DNA from: Deinococcales bacterium
GTDB lineage: Bacteria; Deinococcota; Deinococci; Deinococcales; JAAFIG01
Assembly (NCBI GenBank): GCA_043778225.1
Contig: JAYWGM010000041.1
Location: forward strand, 1-64,000
Reading direction: 5' to 3'
DNA length: 64,000 nt
Shown: positions 1 through 8,853 of the stretch, one piece after another
Layout of the letters: each line of letters starts with the position of its first letter
Numbering within the stretch: the first letter of the stretch is position 1
Program-made: the position numbers and the translations under genes
The notes under the pieces: model-generated
The model's input: only the letters and a program-made list of their open reading frames with translations
Told to the model about the DNA's origin: nothing
Databases searched by the model: none

Positions 1-186
1 CGTGCAGAGCGACAAAGAATGTATCACCCTTCTTGGGTCTTGTCAAGCAAGTCCGAAGGGTCTCGAGGATAGATGGATTATGTCGTGAAACACAGGGAAG
101 ATTTGATGCTCGAGTGATGGTTATGACCTGTGTGGACTCGAGTCTAGTTAAAAATAACTCACGAATAAGTTTTGTATAATTCTGCA

Positions 187-593
187 ATGCCGTATAGCCA
201 TTTTGGACTTGCTGAACTCGCTAAACAATTTTTGCTCGAGGTTAAAGATGCTGTCTGGCTTGAGGCGGTACCGCGAATTGAGCCATCGATTTTACTCAAA
301 ACTTGGCTAAGTCAAAATGTGGCTTTTGCAGTGGCACAATCTACCGAAAAAGCCCGAAGCGAATTCATGACTGCACCAATTTTAGCCGAAGTTCGTCAGT
401 ATTTTGCGGGTCGAGTTTTCAACCAGCGTGAAGGACAACCCTACGAACGAATTTGGGAGTTGTGACGATTGGTGATGAATGGCAATTCTTGAAACTCGAG
501 AACAGTGTTTTGTATGTGGATAGCAAGCGCTATGACCTTGAAGAACTGCCAGAGATTCTCGGTATTTTAGTTTGGATGCTCGAGACCGCTTAA
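187..593 (+). pseudogene. Disrupted PD-(D/E)XK-like hypothetical protein (family common in cyanobacteria)
   Basis: Frame 1 reads MPYS..TEKARSEF..APILAEVR..FNQREG and stops at 465. The family-like C-terminus GVVTIGDEWQFLKLE..ILGIL continues in another frame to TAA at 593, consistent with one G lost in 'tgggagtt'. The central region that I recall for this family (CDF..VEAK) appears deleted. Confidence 0.6.
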
Positions 594-621
594 AAGAAAA
601 TCCCCGAAAAAGACGGGGATT
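594..621. terminator. Putative intrinsic terminator between convergent genes
   Basis: aatccccg-aaaaaga-cggggatt hairpin with a flanking A-run. Confidence 0.55.
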
Positions 622-642
622 GGTCTGACAAATACCGAAAAT

Positions 643-1182
643 TTAGTTGCAGTTATTAATCACATCAATTCTATCGCCAAATGAACCACTCGAGGATGCA
701 CCTGCTGAGTCAAACACGGCAAGTCGCAATTCCGTAGTACCAATCACATTTGGATTGGCTGGCAACGGCTTAGGTGCTGGAACAACCACCAAGGCTTGTG
801 GTTTTAAGGATTGTGGCTGGAGCGGCGCATTCAAAGGAGCGGTCTGGGCTGGGATGGTCACGACATACTTATAGGTATCTCCGCTTTTTTCGTATAAATT
901 TGTTTGTGAGACAAGAATATCCCCAGCTGGAACTTGATAATCTCCTGTTTTCTTGCCAAATAATGTACCTTTGAATCGGGTCAATGCACCCGATTGGCGT
1001 TCAACAGCATCGAACTGAATAAAAACATCAGTATCTTTATTATCGCAAATATACGATTTTCCGCTATCACTTCGGTACTGGCTAATGAATTTAATTTTGA
1101 AAGCATCCACAAAAACCAAGCCCGTATCCAAGCAACTTGAGAGCAGTGCCGCTAATCCAACCCCTAGAAGAATCTTTTTCAT
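643..1182 (-). CDS. Lipoprotein, unknown function
   Basis: MKKILLGVGLAALLSSC signal with lipobox; TATGCT lies 7 nt before this ATG (leaderless), so the start is placed at 1182. Confidence 0.75.
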   Translation of the reverse strand: MKKILLGVGLAALLSSCLDTGLVFVDAFKIKFISQYRSDSGKSYICDNKDTDVFIQFDAVERQSGALTRFKGTLFGKKTGDYQVPAGDILVSQTNLYEKSGDTYKYVVTIPAQTAPLNAPLQPQSLKPQALVVVPAPKPLPANPNVIGTTELRLAVFDSAGASSSGSFGDRIDVINNCN

Positions 1183-1264
1183 GGGTCTTAGCATACTCGA
1201 GAATTGGGTTTTGGCATGAGATGCAGTTTAATTTGTCTTTACCTGAGCTTGAGGTGAACTTTAA

Positions 1265-1561
1265 CTAATCAAGCTCGAGAACTTCAAAAGTTTCGTTGCA
1301 AACAGTATATTCGCCATTTGCCACCACAAAGCTCGAGACATCTTGTAGTACGCCATCCAGCCAAGTGGCATCGTGGGAAATACTGACCACACCAATAATT
1401 TCCCAATCGTGAGCATTTAAGCCATCCAAGCGAGCCACCGAAACTGGAAACCTTGCTTTAAGGCGTTCGGTAACCGGGCGAATCAGGGCGCGTTTTTCTT
1501 TGAGGTTACTGACCCATGGCATCTCGAGCCGAGCCGTATAAACACCGATATAGCCAAGCAT
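1265..1561 (-). CDS. DUF503 family protein
   Basis: [43 protein letters not shown] is the typical DUF503 N-terminus. Confidence 0.8.
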   Translation of the reverse strand: MLGYIGVYTARLEMPWVSNLKEKRALIRPVTERLKARFPVSVARLDGLNAHDWEIIGVVSISHDATWLDGVLQDVSSFVVANGEYTVCNETFEVLELD

Positions 1562-1562
1562 C

Positions 1563-1772
1563 TTAAAGCATTCCAGCCAAATAGCCAACGCTTCGCACTG
1601 CTCGCAGTAAATCCATAACGGTGGCGAGGGTTGGGTCAAAACTGACTTCGATTTGTCCAGTGTGCGGATTATTGACTTCGGCTACCCCACTGACGGCTTG
1701 TAGCGAAGCCATAACTTTGGCGGCGGCTTCTTCGGTGGTTAAACCTCTGACCCCAAGTAAAACGCGATTCAT
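1563..1772 (-). CDS. Heavy-metal-associated (CopZ-like) fold protein lacking CxxC
   Basis: 69 aa HMA-like pattern (VRGL...[10 protein letters not shown]...VRSVGY) with no cysteines; TAGAAT 6 nt before ATG. Confidence 0.65.
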   Translation of the reverse strand: MNRVLLGVRGLTTEEAAAKVMASLQAVSGVAEVNNPHTGQIEVSFDPTLATVMDLLRAVRSVGYLAGML

Positions 1773-1835
1773 GGGTGTATTCTACACGGTCTGTAGCCCA
1801 CATCGTTCACTCATTTTATTTTTTAGACTCGAGCA

Positions 1836-3074
1836 ATGCGAATACTTGGTTTGGTTCTGATTGCACTTTCGGGCTTGGCAGTTTCACAAGGTAAGCCATC
1901 TTTTGGGCAAAACGGTACAGTGCGCCTCGAGAATACCATTGCTAAATATGTGCCTAAAGCCGTGCTGAATGCCCAAGGGCGAATTGTGCTGAGTGGTGAA
2001 ACTGCCAATAAAATGCAAACCGTGGTGCGTTTACAAGCCAACGGACAACTCGACTCGAGTTTTGGGGTGCTGCGCCTCAAGGCATTAGGGCAAGTTTTCG
2101 TGGATGCCCAAAATCGGGTGTTGGTGGTGCAAAAAAAGCAAATTCTGCGCTTCAATCTCAGCGGTGTGCTTGACTCGAGTTACGGTATAAAAGGTATCTA
2201 CACTTTTCCAACTGGCACACAAAAAACTGTTCTACCAATGCAAAAAGTGGTCTTTAATTCAGACGGCTCAATTTGGGCAGCTTTGCTCAAATCGCCTCGA
2301 GTTGCCAACGAAGACCCCGATAGCAACTATTTGACACCGCAACTGATAAAAATAACTAACCAAGGGCGCTTGGACACGGGTACTGGCAACAAAGGCTTTG
2401 TCAATACCAAACTCGAGCATCCAAATGTGCGAATTGATGCTTTGGTGCGAACCTCGAGTGGCGGGGTAGCGATGGCTTCGTCTGGCAATTTGAACAGTCC
2501 AGCAGGCGTTTCGACTTACCAACCGCCGATTTGGATTTATCGTTTTAATCAAAATGGGCAACTCGAGCCTCAACAAAAAACCGATGGATTTGAAGCCCTA
2601 ACCTGCACCAATGGTGGAGCAGTAGAATTTTTTGCAGTACGCCAAGACAATAGCGCTGTTTTTATCAACAGCAACAGTGGCGATTGCAACTATATGTACC
2701 GAATTTGGTCACTTGATGCAGCTAACCAAGTCCAAAAAGAATTTGCCCAAGAATTACCCGAGGAAGGTACAGAAGGTGCAGCCTTGGTTAAATCACAAAA
2801 TGGTACTTTACTTTTGCTTGACCCAAAAATCTCGAGTTTAAGAAAAGCCATGTTGTATCAAGATGGCAGTTTGGTTTTTTATGGTGCAAGCAACAAAACC
2901 ATTCAATTCCAGAAAATAAGTCGGTCAGGTGCAATAGATACAGTTTTTGGCAAAAAAGAAATACCGAATCCGTTCAAATCCACGGATTACACTATTCTCG
3001 AGTCCGAAGATAATAAAATACTATTGGTCGGACTCGAGAATGGCGCTTGGAGCGTCAAGCATCTGGTTTTTTAG
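1836..3074 (+). CDS. Secreted beta-propeller-like protein with delta-60-type repeats
   Basis: Signal peptide and repeated R-x-x-x-x-G-x-L-D-x-x-F/Y-G motifs ([27 protein letters not shown]). Confidence 0.65.
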   Translation: MRILGLVLIALSGLAVSQGKPSFGQNGTVRLENTIAKYVPKAVLNAQGRIVLSGETANKMQTVVRLQANGQLDSSFGVLRLKALGQVFVDAQNRVLVVQKKQILRFNLSGVLDSSYGIKGIYTFPTGTQKTVLPMQKVVFNSDGSIWAALLKSPRVANEDPDSNYLTPQLIKITNQGRLDTGTGNKGFVNTKLEHPNVRIDALVRTSSGGVAMASSGNLNSPAGVSTYQPPIWIYRFNQNGQLEPQQKTDGFEALTCTNGGAVEFFAVRQDNSAVFINSNSGDCNYMYRIWSLDAANQVQKEFAQELPEEGTEGAALVKSQNGTLLLLDPKISSLRKAMLYQDGSLVFYGASNKTIQFQKISRSGAIDTVFGKKEIPNPFKSTDYTILESEDNKILLVGLENGAWSVKHLVF

Positions 3075-4381
3075 ACTTGTTTATGTTCGCTGTCCGAGAA
3101 TTCATCTTCAAAGAATTCAAAGGCGAACTCTCCAATTTTGACGGTATCGCCCGGTTTAACCCCAGCGCGGCGCAACTGGGCGTTCAGACCTTCGCGCTTA
3201 AAGAGTTTCTCGAGGTAATCGGCTGCATCTTCTAAATGTCTCGAGAAACGGTCAATCCGAGCGCCAAATGTTCCACCTGTGACGTTCCACAAGCGTGTGC
3301 CGTCGGCGTAGAAGTCGGTGTCGGCAGTCACACGAACTGGTTCTGGTCCGGAGATGGTCTCACGCACCACAAGGCTTGGGCGTTTGACTTTGGCAGGCAA
3401 GATTTGAAATAGCGTTTCGCGCAAATCGGTTAAACCCGTCCCCTCGAGTGCCGAGACACACAAGACTGGCAGCCCAAAGTCAAACAATTCGCGTTCGTGC
3501 ATTTCACGGATTTCATCGTCTATTAGGTCGAGTTTATTTAAGATAATCATCGCGGGTAACTCGAGCAGGGTAGGGTCGTAACTCTGGAGTTCAAACCGCA
3601 AGGCTTCTAAATGTTCACGCGGCGCTTCGTTGCCATCCAGCACAAAAGCCAACAAGCGTGTTCTCGAGATATGACGCAAGAACTCAAGACCTAAGCCCTT
3701 GCCTTCATGCGCCCCTTCGATGATGCCGGGAATATCGGCAAGGGTTAAACGGCTTAACTCGTCATCGCCACGTTCGATGATACCCAAAATCGGGTTTAAG
3801 GTCGTGAACGGATAAGCTGCCACTTCGGGGTTGGCATTCGACATGGCTCGGAGCAAGCTCGATTTACCAGCGTTTGGATAGCCGACCAGACCAATATCGG
3901 CAATGAGACGCAACTCAAGCCGAACTTTCAGGTCATCACCCATCGTGCCAAGTTCGGCAAAACGCGGACTGCGGCGGGTGCTGCTCGAGAAAGCCGAGTT
4001 ACCACGCCCGCCTAAGCCACCCCGAGCCACCATTTGAACTTGCCCAACCTCGAGCAAATCGGCAATCACTTTATTGGTGGCTAAATCGATGCAAATCGTA
4101 CCAACTGGCACATCCAGAGTAAAATCTGCGCCATCTGCGCCGTGCATTAAGCGCCCCGCACCATAGCCACCATTTTCGGCTTTGAATTTGCGTTTACCAA
4201 CAATATTGGTCAGGGATTCGACCCCCTGAATTGAGCGCAAAAACAGACTGCCGCCCTTGCCGCCATGTCCGCCATCCGGACCACCTTTGGGCTGATGCGA
4301 ACCACGAAGGAACGACATACTGCCATCGCCACCTTTACCTGCGGTTAATTCAATCTCGAGAACATCACGGAACTTTGTCAA
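3071..4381 (-). CDS. obgE: GTPase ObgE/CgtA
   Basis: Gly-rich Obg N-terminus ([12 protein letters not shown]), [23 protein letters not shown]; likely TTG start after a GGTGG RBS. Confidence 0.97.
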   Translation of the reverse strand: MTKFRDVLEIELTAGKGGDGSMSFLRGSHQPKGGPDGGHGGKGGSLFLRSIQGVESLTNIVGKRKFKAENGGYGAGRLMHGADGADFTLDVPVGTICIDLATNKVIADLLEVGQVQMVARGGLGGRGNSAFSSSTRRSPRFAELGTMGDDLKVRLELRLIADIGLVGYPNAGKSSLLRAMSNANPEVAAYPFTTLNPILGIIERGDDELSRLTLADIPGIIEGAHEGKGLGLEFLRHISRTRLLAFVLDGNEAPREHLEALRFELQSYDPTLLELPAMIILNKLDLIDDEIREMHERELFDFGLPVLCVSALEGTGLTDLRETLFQILPAKVKRPSLVVRETISGPEPVRVTADTDFYADGTRLWNVTGGTFGARIDRFSRHLEDAADYLEKLFKREGLNAQLRRAGVKPGDTVKIGEFAFEFFEDEFSDSEHKQV

Positions 4382-4451
4382 ATGACCACCTACACTTGCT
4401 ATGAAAAAACATTTATGGCTGATGCGTTTCATAGCTCATGACGCATAGCCG

Positions 4452-4478
4452 AAAAAAGCCCCGCCAAAAAGCGAGGCT
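4452..4478 (-). terminator. Putative terminator after rplU-rpmA
   Basis: agccccgc/gcgaggct stem followed by a T-run on the minus strand. Confidence 0.5.
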
Positions 4479-4500
4479 CGAGAATTCAAAGCCTCATTCC

Positions 4501-4773
4501 TTAATCGTCTGCCGCAGCAGCCAATTGTTCGATATGAATAAAACGCCCAAAAGCGCCTTTATCTTGAAATTTGACTGTGCCTGTTTCTAAGGCAAACAAA
4601 GTATGGTCGCGTCCCATACCGACATTTTTGCCAGCATTGAACTTTGTGCCACGTTGACGAACCAAGATGTTACCAGCTTTGACCAATTCGCCACCAAAGC
4701 GCTTTACGCCAAGGTATTTTGGATTGCTGTCGCGTCCGTTGCGGGTGCTACCCACGCCTTTTTTGTGTGCCAT
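4501..4773 (-). CDS. rpmA: 50S ribosomal protein L27
   Basis: [16 protein letters not shown]...[10 protein letters not shown]. Confidence 0.98.
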   Translation of the reverse strand: MAHKKGVGSTRNGRDSNPKYLGVKRFGGELVKAGNILVRQRGTKFNAGKNVGMGRDHTLFALETGTVKFQDKGAFGRFIHIEQLAAAADD

Positions 4774-4817
4774 AAAATTTTCAACTCCTCTTTGCGCGCC
4801 CGTGACGGCGCACAGTC

Positions 4818-5102
4818 TTACAGGCTGGTGATTTTAACGTCGGTGTACAACTGACGATGACCATTACGACGACGGTACTGAATACCGCTTTTGTACTTGT
4901 CAATAAAGATTTTCTCACCCTTGACGTGACGCAGCACTTCGGCTTTGACGTTGCCGGTGTTGAACGTTACGGTGTCGCCACCCAGCATCAGCACGGGCAA
5001 ATCGACACTCGAGCCAGCTTCGGCATTGAGTTTTTCGACACGAATAACGCTACCAGCTTCGACGCGGTGTTGTTTACCGCCAGATTTTACAATTGCAAAC
5101 AT
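4818..5102 (-). CDS. rplU: 50S ribosomal protein L21
   Basis: [14 protein letters not shown]...GHRQLYT; lies upstream of rpmA. Confidence 0.97.
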   Translation of the reverse strand: MFAIVKSGGKQHRVEAGSVIRVEKLNAEAGSSVDLPVLMLGGDTVTFNTGNVKAEVLRHVKGEKIFIDKYKSGIQYRRRNGHRQLYTDVKITSL

Positions 5103-5238
5103 GATACCCCTTAATTAAGCCTCGTCTCGAGGCAGCCGAAAAAGGGTAGCATAAACCAGAAACAAGCACAAGGGTCGCAATCAGCCAATGTCTAGCAGAA
5201 ATCCTAACCTTGTGATACACTCCTGCGGTTTCAGCCAT

Positions 5239-5328
5239 GGAGGGGTGCCAGAGTGGTTGAACGGGATAGTCTCGAAAACTATTGTACTTGTAAGGGTACC
5301 GTGGGTTCGAATCCCACCCCCTCCGCCA
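5239..5328 (+). tRNA. tRNA-Ser (anticodon CGA)
   Basis: GGAGGGG/CCCCTCC acceptor stem, atagt-ctCGAaa-actat anticodon arm, long variable arm, GTTCGAATC T-loop and encoded CCA; TGaTACACT extended -10 upstream. Confidence 0.95.
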
Positions 5329-5331
5329 AAA

Positions 5332-5359
5332 GACGGGGCTTGCCATGGCAAGCCCCTAC
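5332..5359. repeat. REP-like palindrome ending in CCCCTAC
   Basis: ggggcttgccatggcaagcccc is a perfect palindrome followed by tac; it lies between the tRNA and convergent coaE. Confidence 0.65.
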
Positions 5360-5943
5360 GATTTTAGTGCGGCTAAAATGATGTTTAATTGCTGCTCAAG
5401 GCTATGAGTATCTCCAGTGTTCTCGAGAACATACGGTGTGCGCTGGCGCTTCTCGAAGGCTGGCATTTGCGCCGCATCTCGAGCCAGCACTTGTTGGCGG
5501 GTACTTCCATCTCGAGCCATGACTCGAGCGATTCGTGTCTCGAGTGGTGCATCCACCACAATAACCGCATCAAATAATTTCTCAAGACCACTTTCAAATA
5601 AAAGTGGAATATCCTGCACAACCATGGCTGCGCCCTCGAGTTGAAGTGTGCGTCGCGTCATTTCTGCCCGCACTCGAGGGTGAATAATGGCGTTTAACTG
5701 CGCTCTGGCTTCGGGTTTTTGGAAAATCAGTTCGGCGAGTTTTGGGCGGTTTAAGCCATTATCTTGCACAAACTCTGCGCCAAAAATCTGCGCTACCTCG
5801 AGTAACACGGCTTTGGAACTCGAGACTTCTTTGGCAATCGCGTCAGCATCCAATACAGGGATATTTTTCTCAAGCAACAATTTTGCGACGGTGCTTTTGC
5901 CGCTTCCAATTGAACCCGTTAAGCCAATTTGCAGCATCTTCAC
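5356..5943 (-). CDS. coaE: Dephospho-CoA kinase
   Basis: IGLTGSIGSGKST, DAD, LNRPKL, IHPRV, DIPLLFE. Confidence 0.95.
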   Translation of the reverse strand: MKMLQIGLTGSIGSGKSTVAKLLLEKNIPVLDADAIAKEVSSSKAVLLEVAQIFGAEFVQDNGLNRPKLAELIFQKPEARAQLNAIIHPRVRAEMTRRTLQLEGAAMVVQDIPLLFESGLEKLFDAVIVVDAPLETRIARVMARDGSTRQQVLARDAAQMPAFEKRQRTPYVLENTGDTHSLEQQLNIILAALKS

Positions 5944-6827
5944 GACATTTGCGCCTTTGCCAGCACATCTTGGGCTTGCGCTCGGGCTTTGAGTAAATCA
6001 TCTTGGTATTTAAGCAGCGCTCCAAACGAATCCTCGATTTTACCAACCTCGAGACTGGTGATTTCAAGTGCCATCAAACTGGCTGCCCAATCGAGCGTTT
6101 CGGCAACTCCTGGGGCTTTATACAAATCTAACTGGCGCAAACCTTGCACAAAAGCCACAATTTGCTTGGATAAAATTTCTGGGATATGCGGCACTTTTTG
6201 TTGTAAAATCCGCAATTCCTTGGAAAAATCTGGGTAATCAATCCAATGGTACAAGCAACGGCGTTTTAAGGCATCATGGATTTCTCGAGTCCGATTGCTG
6301 GTGATAATCACTACAGGTGGTTTGGTGGCTTTGATTGTGCCGATTTCGGGGATGGTAATTTGCCACTCGGCTAAAAATTCGAGTAAGTAGGCTTCAAATT
6401 CTTCGTCGGCACGGTCTAATTCATCTATTAACAATACGGGGGCTTGGTCGTTCTCGAGTTCTAAGGCTTGCAGCAGTGGGCGCTTAACCAGAAAATCACT
6501 CGAGAACACTTCACGGCGCACACGGCTGCCATCGCGTTCGCCAGTTGCTTCTAAAAGCCGAATCTCGAGCATTTGGCGGGCATAATCCCATTCGTAGACC
6601 GCACTCGAGACATCTAAGCCTTCGTAGCACTGTAAGCGAATCAGGCGGGTATTGAGAATTTGTGCCAGAACTTTGACGATTTCGGTTTTGCCGACCCCCG
6701 GTTCACCCTCGAGAAATAGCGGTCGTCCAAGTTGTTGCGCCAAAAACACCGCCGTACCAAGTGAACGCTCGGCGATGTAGCCATGCGCCTCAAGTGCCTC
6801 GAGGGTAGATTGAATCGTGGTTTGCAT
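5940..6827 (-). CDS. MoxR/CoxD-like AAA+ ATPase
   Basis: LEGEPGVGKT, RLQCYEG, LLIDELDRAD, TSNRTRE..DALKRRC; start at MQTT with TAGACT 7 nt upstream. Confidence 0.9.
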   Translation of the reverse strand: MQTTIQSTLEALEAHGYIAERSLGTAVFLAQQLGRPLFLEGEPGVGKTEIVKVLAQILNTRLIRLQCYEGLDVSSAVYEWDYARQMLEIRLLEATGERDGSRVRREVFSSDFLVKRPLLQALELENDQAPVLLIDELDRADEEFEAYLLEFLAEWQITIPEIGTIKATKPPVVIITSNRTREIHDALKRRCLYHWIDYPDFSKELRILQQKVPHIPEILSKQIVAFVQGLRQLDLYKAPGVAETLDWAASLMALEITSLEVGKIEDSFGALLKYQDDLLKARAQAQDVLAKAQMS

Positions 6828-6894
6828 GATGTCCAGTCTAACCGAAACGAACCTTGGTTTTTGTTGGCTCGAGAACCGAGGTTTAGAGAATGAG

Positions 6895-6974
6895 GCATGA
6901 TTCGTATCTGCTAGAGATTCGCATGATTCGTATCTGCTGGATATTCGCATGATTTGTCTGTATCTGCTAGACTC
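6895..6974 (+). repeat. Three tandem ~26-bp repeats ending at the rnpB promoter
   Basis: gcatgattcgtatctgctagagattc / gcatgattcgtatctgctggatattc / gcatgatttgtctgtatctgctagactc. Confidence 0.85.
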
Positions 6975-6980
6975 GGCGGC

Positions 6981-7412
6981 TGGAAAGGGGCGTGGTCGCG
7001 CATAAGGCTCGTTTACTCGAGCGCAATTGTGAGGAAAGTCCGGGCATCACAGGGCTGGATGCCAGCTAACGGCTGGGCGGCGAGTGAACCACAAAGCAAT
7101 GACACGATTGTTTTGCAGGCGCGAAGCCGACGGAAAGTGCAACAGAAAATAAACCGCCTGGCTCTTGAAAAAGAGATAAAGGTAAGGTTGAAACGGTGGT
7201 GTAAGAGACCACCAGCGCGGCTCGAGAGAATCGCGGCTCGGCAAACCCCATCTGATGCAAGGCTCGAATGCAACCAAGAGGAAACTCGAGACATGACCCG
7301 TGTCCGATGAGTTGCGAAGACAGCCGCTAGAGGTCAGTGGCGACACTGGCTCGAGATAGATGACCACGACGTGCTTTTTGCATAGGACAGAACCCGGCTT
7401 ACACCCTTTCCA
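6981..7412 (+). ncRNA. rnpB: RNase P RNA (bacterial type A)
   Basis: GAGGAAAGTCCGGGC, GGAAAGTGCAACAGAAA, GAAACGGTGGTGTAAGAGACCACCAGC, GGCAAACCCC..GCAAGG, GATAGATG, ACAGAACCCGGCTTA; terminal pairing tggaaaggg/ccctttcca. Confidence 0.95.
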
Positions 7413-7592
7413 AACCCCTCAAGTTTTAGCTGACAAGATTTTGGCATTTAGACCAGAGTGCAATTTTGAATCTTGTCTAACAGACCAGTTAGGGGTTAAA
7501 TTCTGCTTAACCAATTCATTGCACACTCATTGTGCATACGTCTTTTTGCACAGTGCATAAGAACTTTGGTCTTTTTCGTAGTCGGAGGTGAC

Positions 7593-8852
7593 ATGAGGCA
7601 ATTTCATTTAAGTTTTAGCTTACTCAGTATAGGTCTTCTCGCAGGGTGCGGTTTATATTCAGCACCACAAGTCAGTATCATCAATCCCGGCTCAATAACC
7701 AGCAATACCCTGACCGTCAATGTGGTGGCTTCTGGTGCAAATGGTATTAAAGATGTTGAGTTGTTGTTGAACGGAACTTCTGTCGGTCAAAAAACCACCG
7801 CCCCATTTAGCTGGTCAGTACCACTCAACCGCGCCCAGAATGGTACAAACACCCTAACAGCGATTGCCCGAACTCCAAGTCTTGGGGTTGCCTATGCAGC
7901 GCCAGAATCGTTTATGGTCAATATCGCACCAAGCATTAGCTTAGTCTCGAGCAGCCCAACGATTACAAGCAGCACACCAATCACCTTGACTGCTTCTCCA
8001 GACGACTCGAGTGCGGGTTTTGCCAAAGTCGAATTTTACCAAGGTACGACTTTGCTTGGTACGGATACGACTGCGCCCTTCACGCAGAATGTGTCGTTTA
8101 CCCAAGCCAGTCAGAACGGTTCATACAATTATAACGCGAAATCCTTTGATACAGCAGGGAATACCGCCACCTCGAGCTTATTGCCTATTACGGTCAGTAT
8201 TGCTGACAGCACCCTACCAACCGTGGTTTTGACCGCCATTAGCTCGAGTTCTGGAATTACTCTGAGTGCCACAGCAAACGACGATGTTGGTATCGCCAAG
8301 GTCGAATTTTATAATGGCACAACTTTAATCGCCACCGACACCACCGCACCTTACAATGCCAGTTTAGGGGTAGCCATCGGCAATCTGTTTTCAAATTACA
8401 CCGCCAAAGCCTTCGATGCCACTGGTAATGCAACCACTTCAAATGCAATCCAAGATGTCTGGGAAAGCAATAACACCACAGCTACAGCCCTGATGCTCGA
8501 TGCCATGCCAGTCCGAACCCAAGGCGGCGTAACTTTAGGTGGGTCGCTTGACGGCACAACCCCTGATGTTGATTACTATGCAGTTACCCTAACTTTTGCC
8601 CAAGTCCTAAAAGTTCGCACTTACTCGAGTACAGGCACGGATACGGTGCTGCGTCTTTACAATGCAGCTGGCGCTCAACTTGCCTTTAACGATGCAGCAG
8701 GAGATTACAACAACACCGATTCGGCTGTGAACTGGCGAGCTTCTGACAATGGTGTCTATTACATTGCGGTTTCTGCCTATACCGATGGTGTCACCCCAGC
8801 CATACAAGATGCAAGTAAACAATACCGTGTAACGGTTCAGGTGGGTGATTAA
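7593..8852 (+). CDS. Lipoprotein with tandem bacterial Ig-like domains and a C-terminal PPC-like domain
   Basis: LLAGC lipobox; repeated KVEFY.GTTL..TDTTAP(F/Y) and AFD..GN.ATS units; DVDYY..DTVLRLY..ND; GGAGG RBS. Confidence 0.8.
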   Translation: MRQFHLSFSLLSIGLLAGCGLYSAPQVSIINPGSITSNTLTVNVVASGANGIKDVELLLNGTSVGQKTTAPFSWSVPLNRAQNGTNTLTAIARTPSLGVAYAAPESFMVNIAPSISLVSSSPTITSSTPITLTASPDDSSAGFAKVEFYQGTTLLGTDTTAPFTQNVSFTQASQNGSYNYNAKSFDTAGNTATSSLLPITVSIADSTLPTVVLTAISSSSGITLSATANDDVGIAKVEFYNGTTLIATDTTAPYNASLGVAIGNLFSNYTAKAFDATGNATTSNAIQDVWESNNTTATALMLDAMPVRTQGGVTLGGSLDGTTPDVDYYAVTLTFAQVLKVRTYSSTGTDTVLRLYNAAGAQLAFNDAAGDYNNTDSAVNWRASDNGVYYIAVSAYTDGVTPAIQDASKQYRVTVQVGD

Positions 8853-8853
8853 A

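Noticed and set aside
5239..5328. Link between tRNA-Ser(CGA) and CTCGAG-derived TCG codons
   Set aside because: This tRNA is common in bacteria, so its presence here is not evidence.
5074..5346. 90-aa minus-strand ORF
   Set aside because: It is the antisense reading of tRNA-Ser (WRRGWDSNPR pattern).
5239..5360. tRNA as an integration site of a prophage or island
   Set aside because: No integrase or duplicated tRNA 3' end was seen, and the flanking genes are housekeeping.
6895..6974. Possible mini-CRISPR array
   Set aside because: The units are head-to-tail without unique spacers, and there are no cas genes in the window.
6954..7367. Several ORFs of 64-118 aa
   Set aside because: They overlap the RNase P RNA gene and have no protein motifs.
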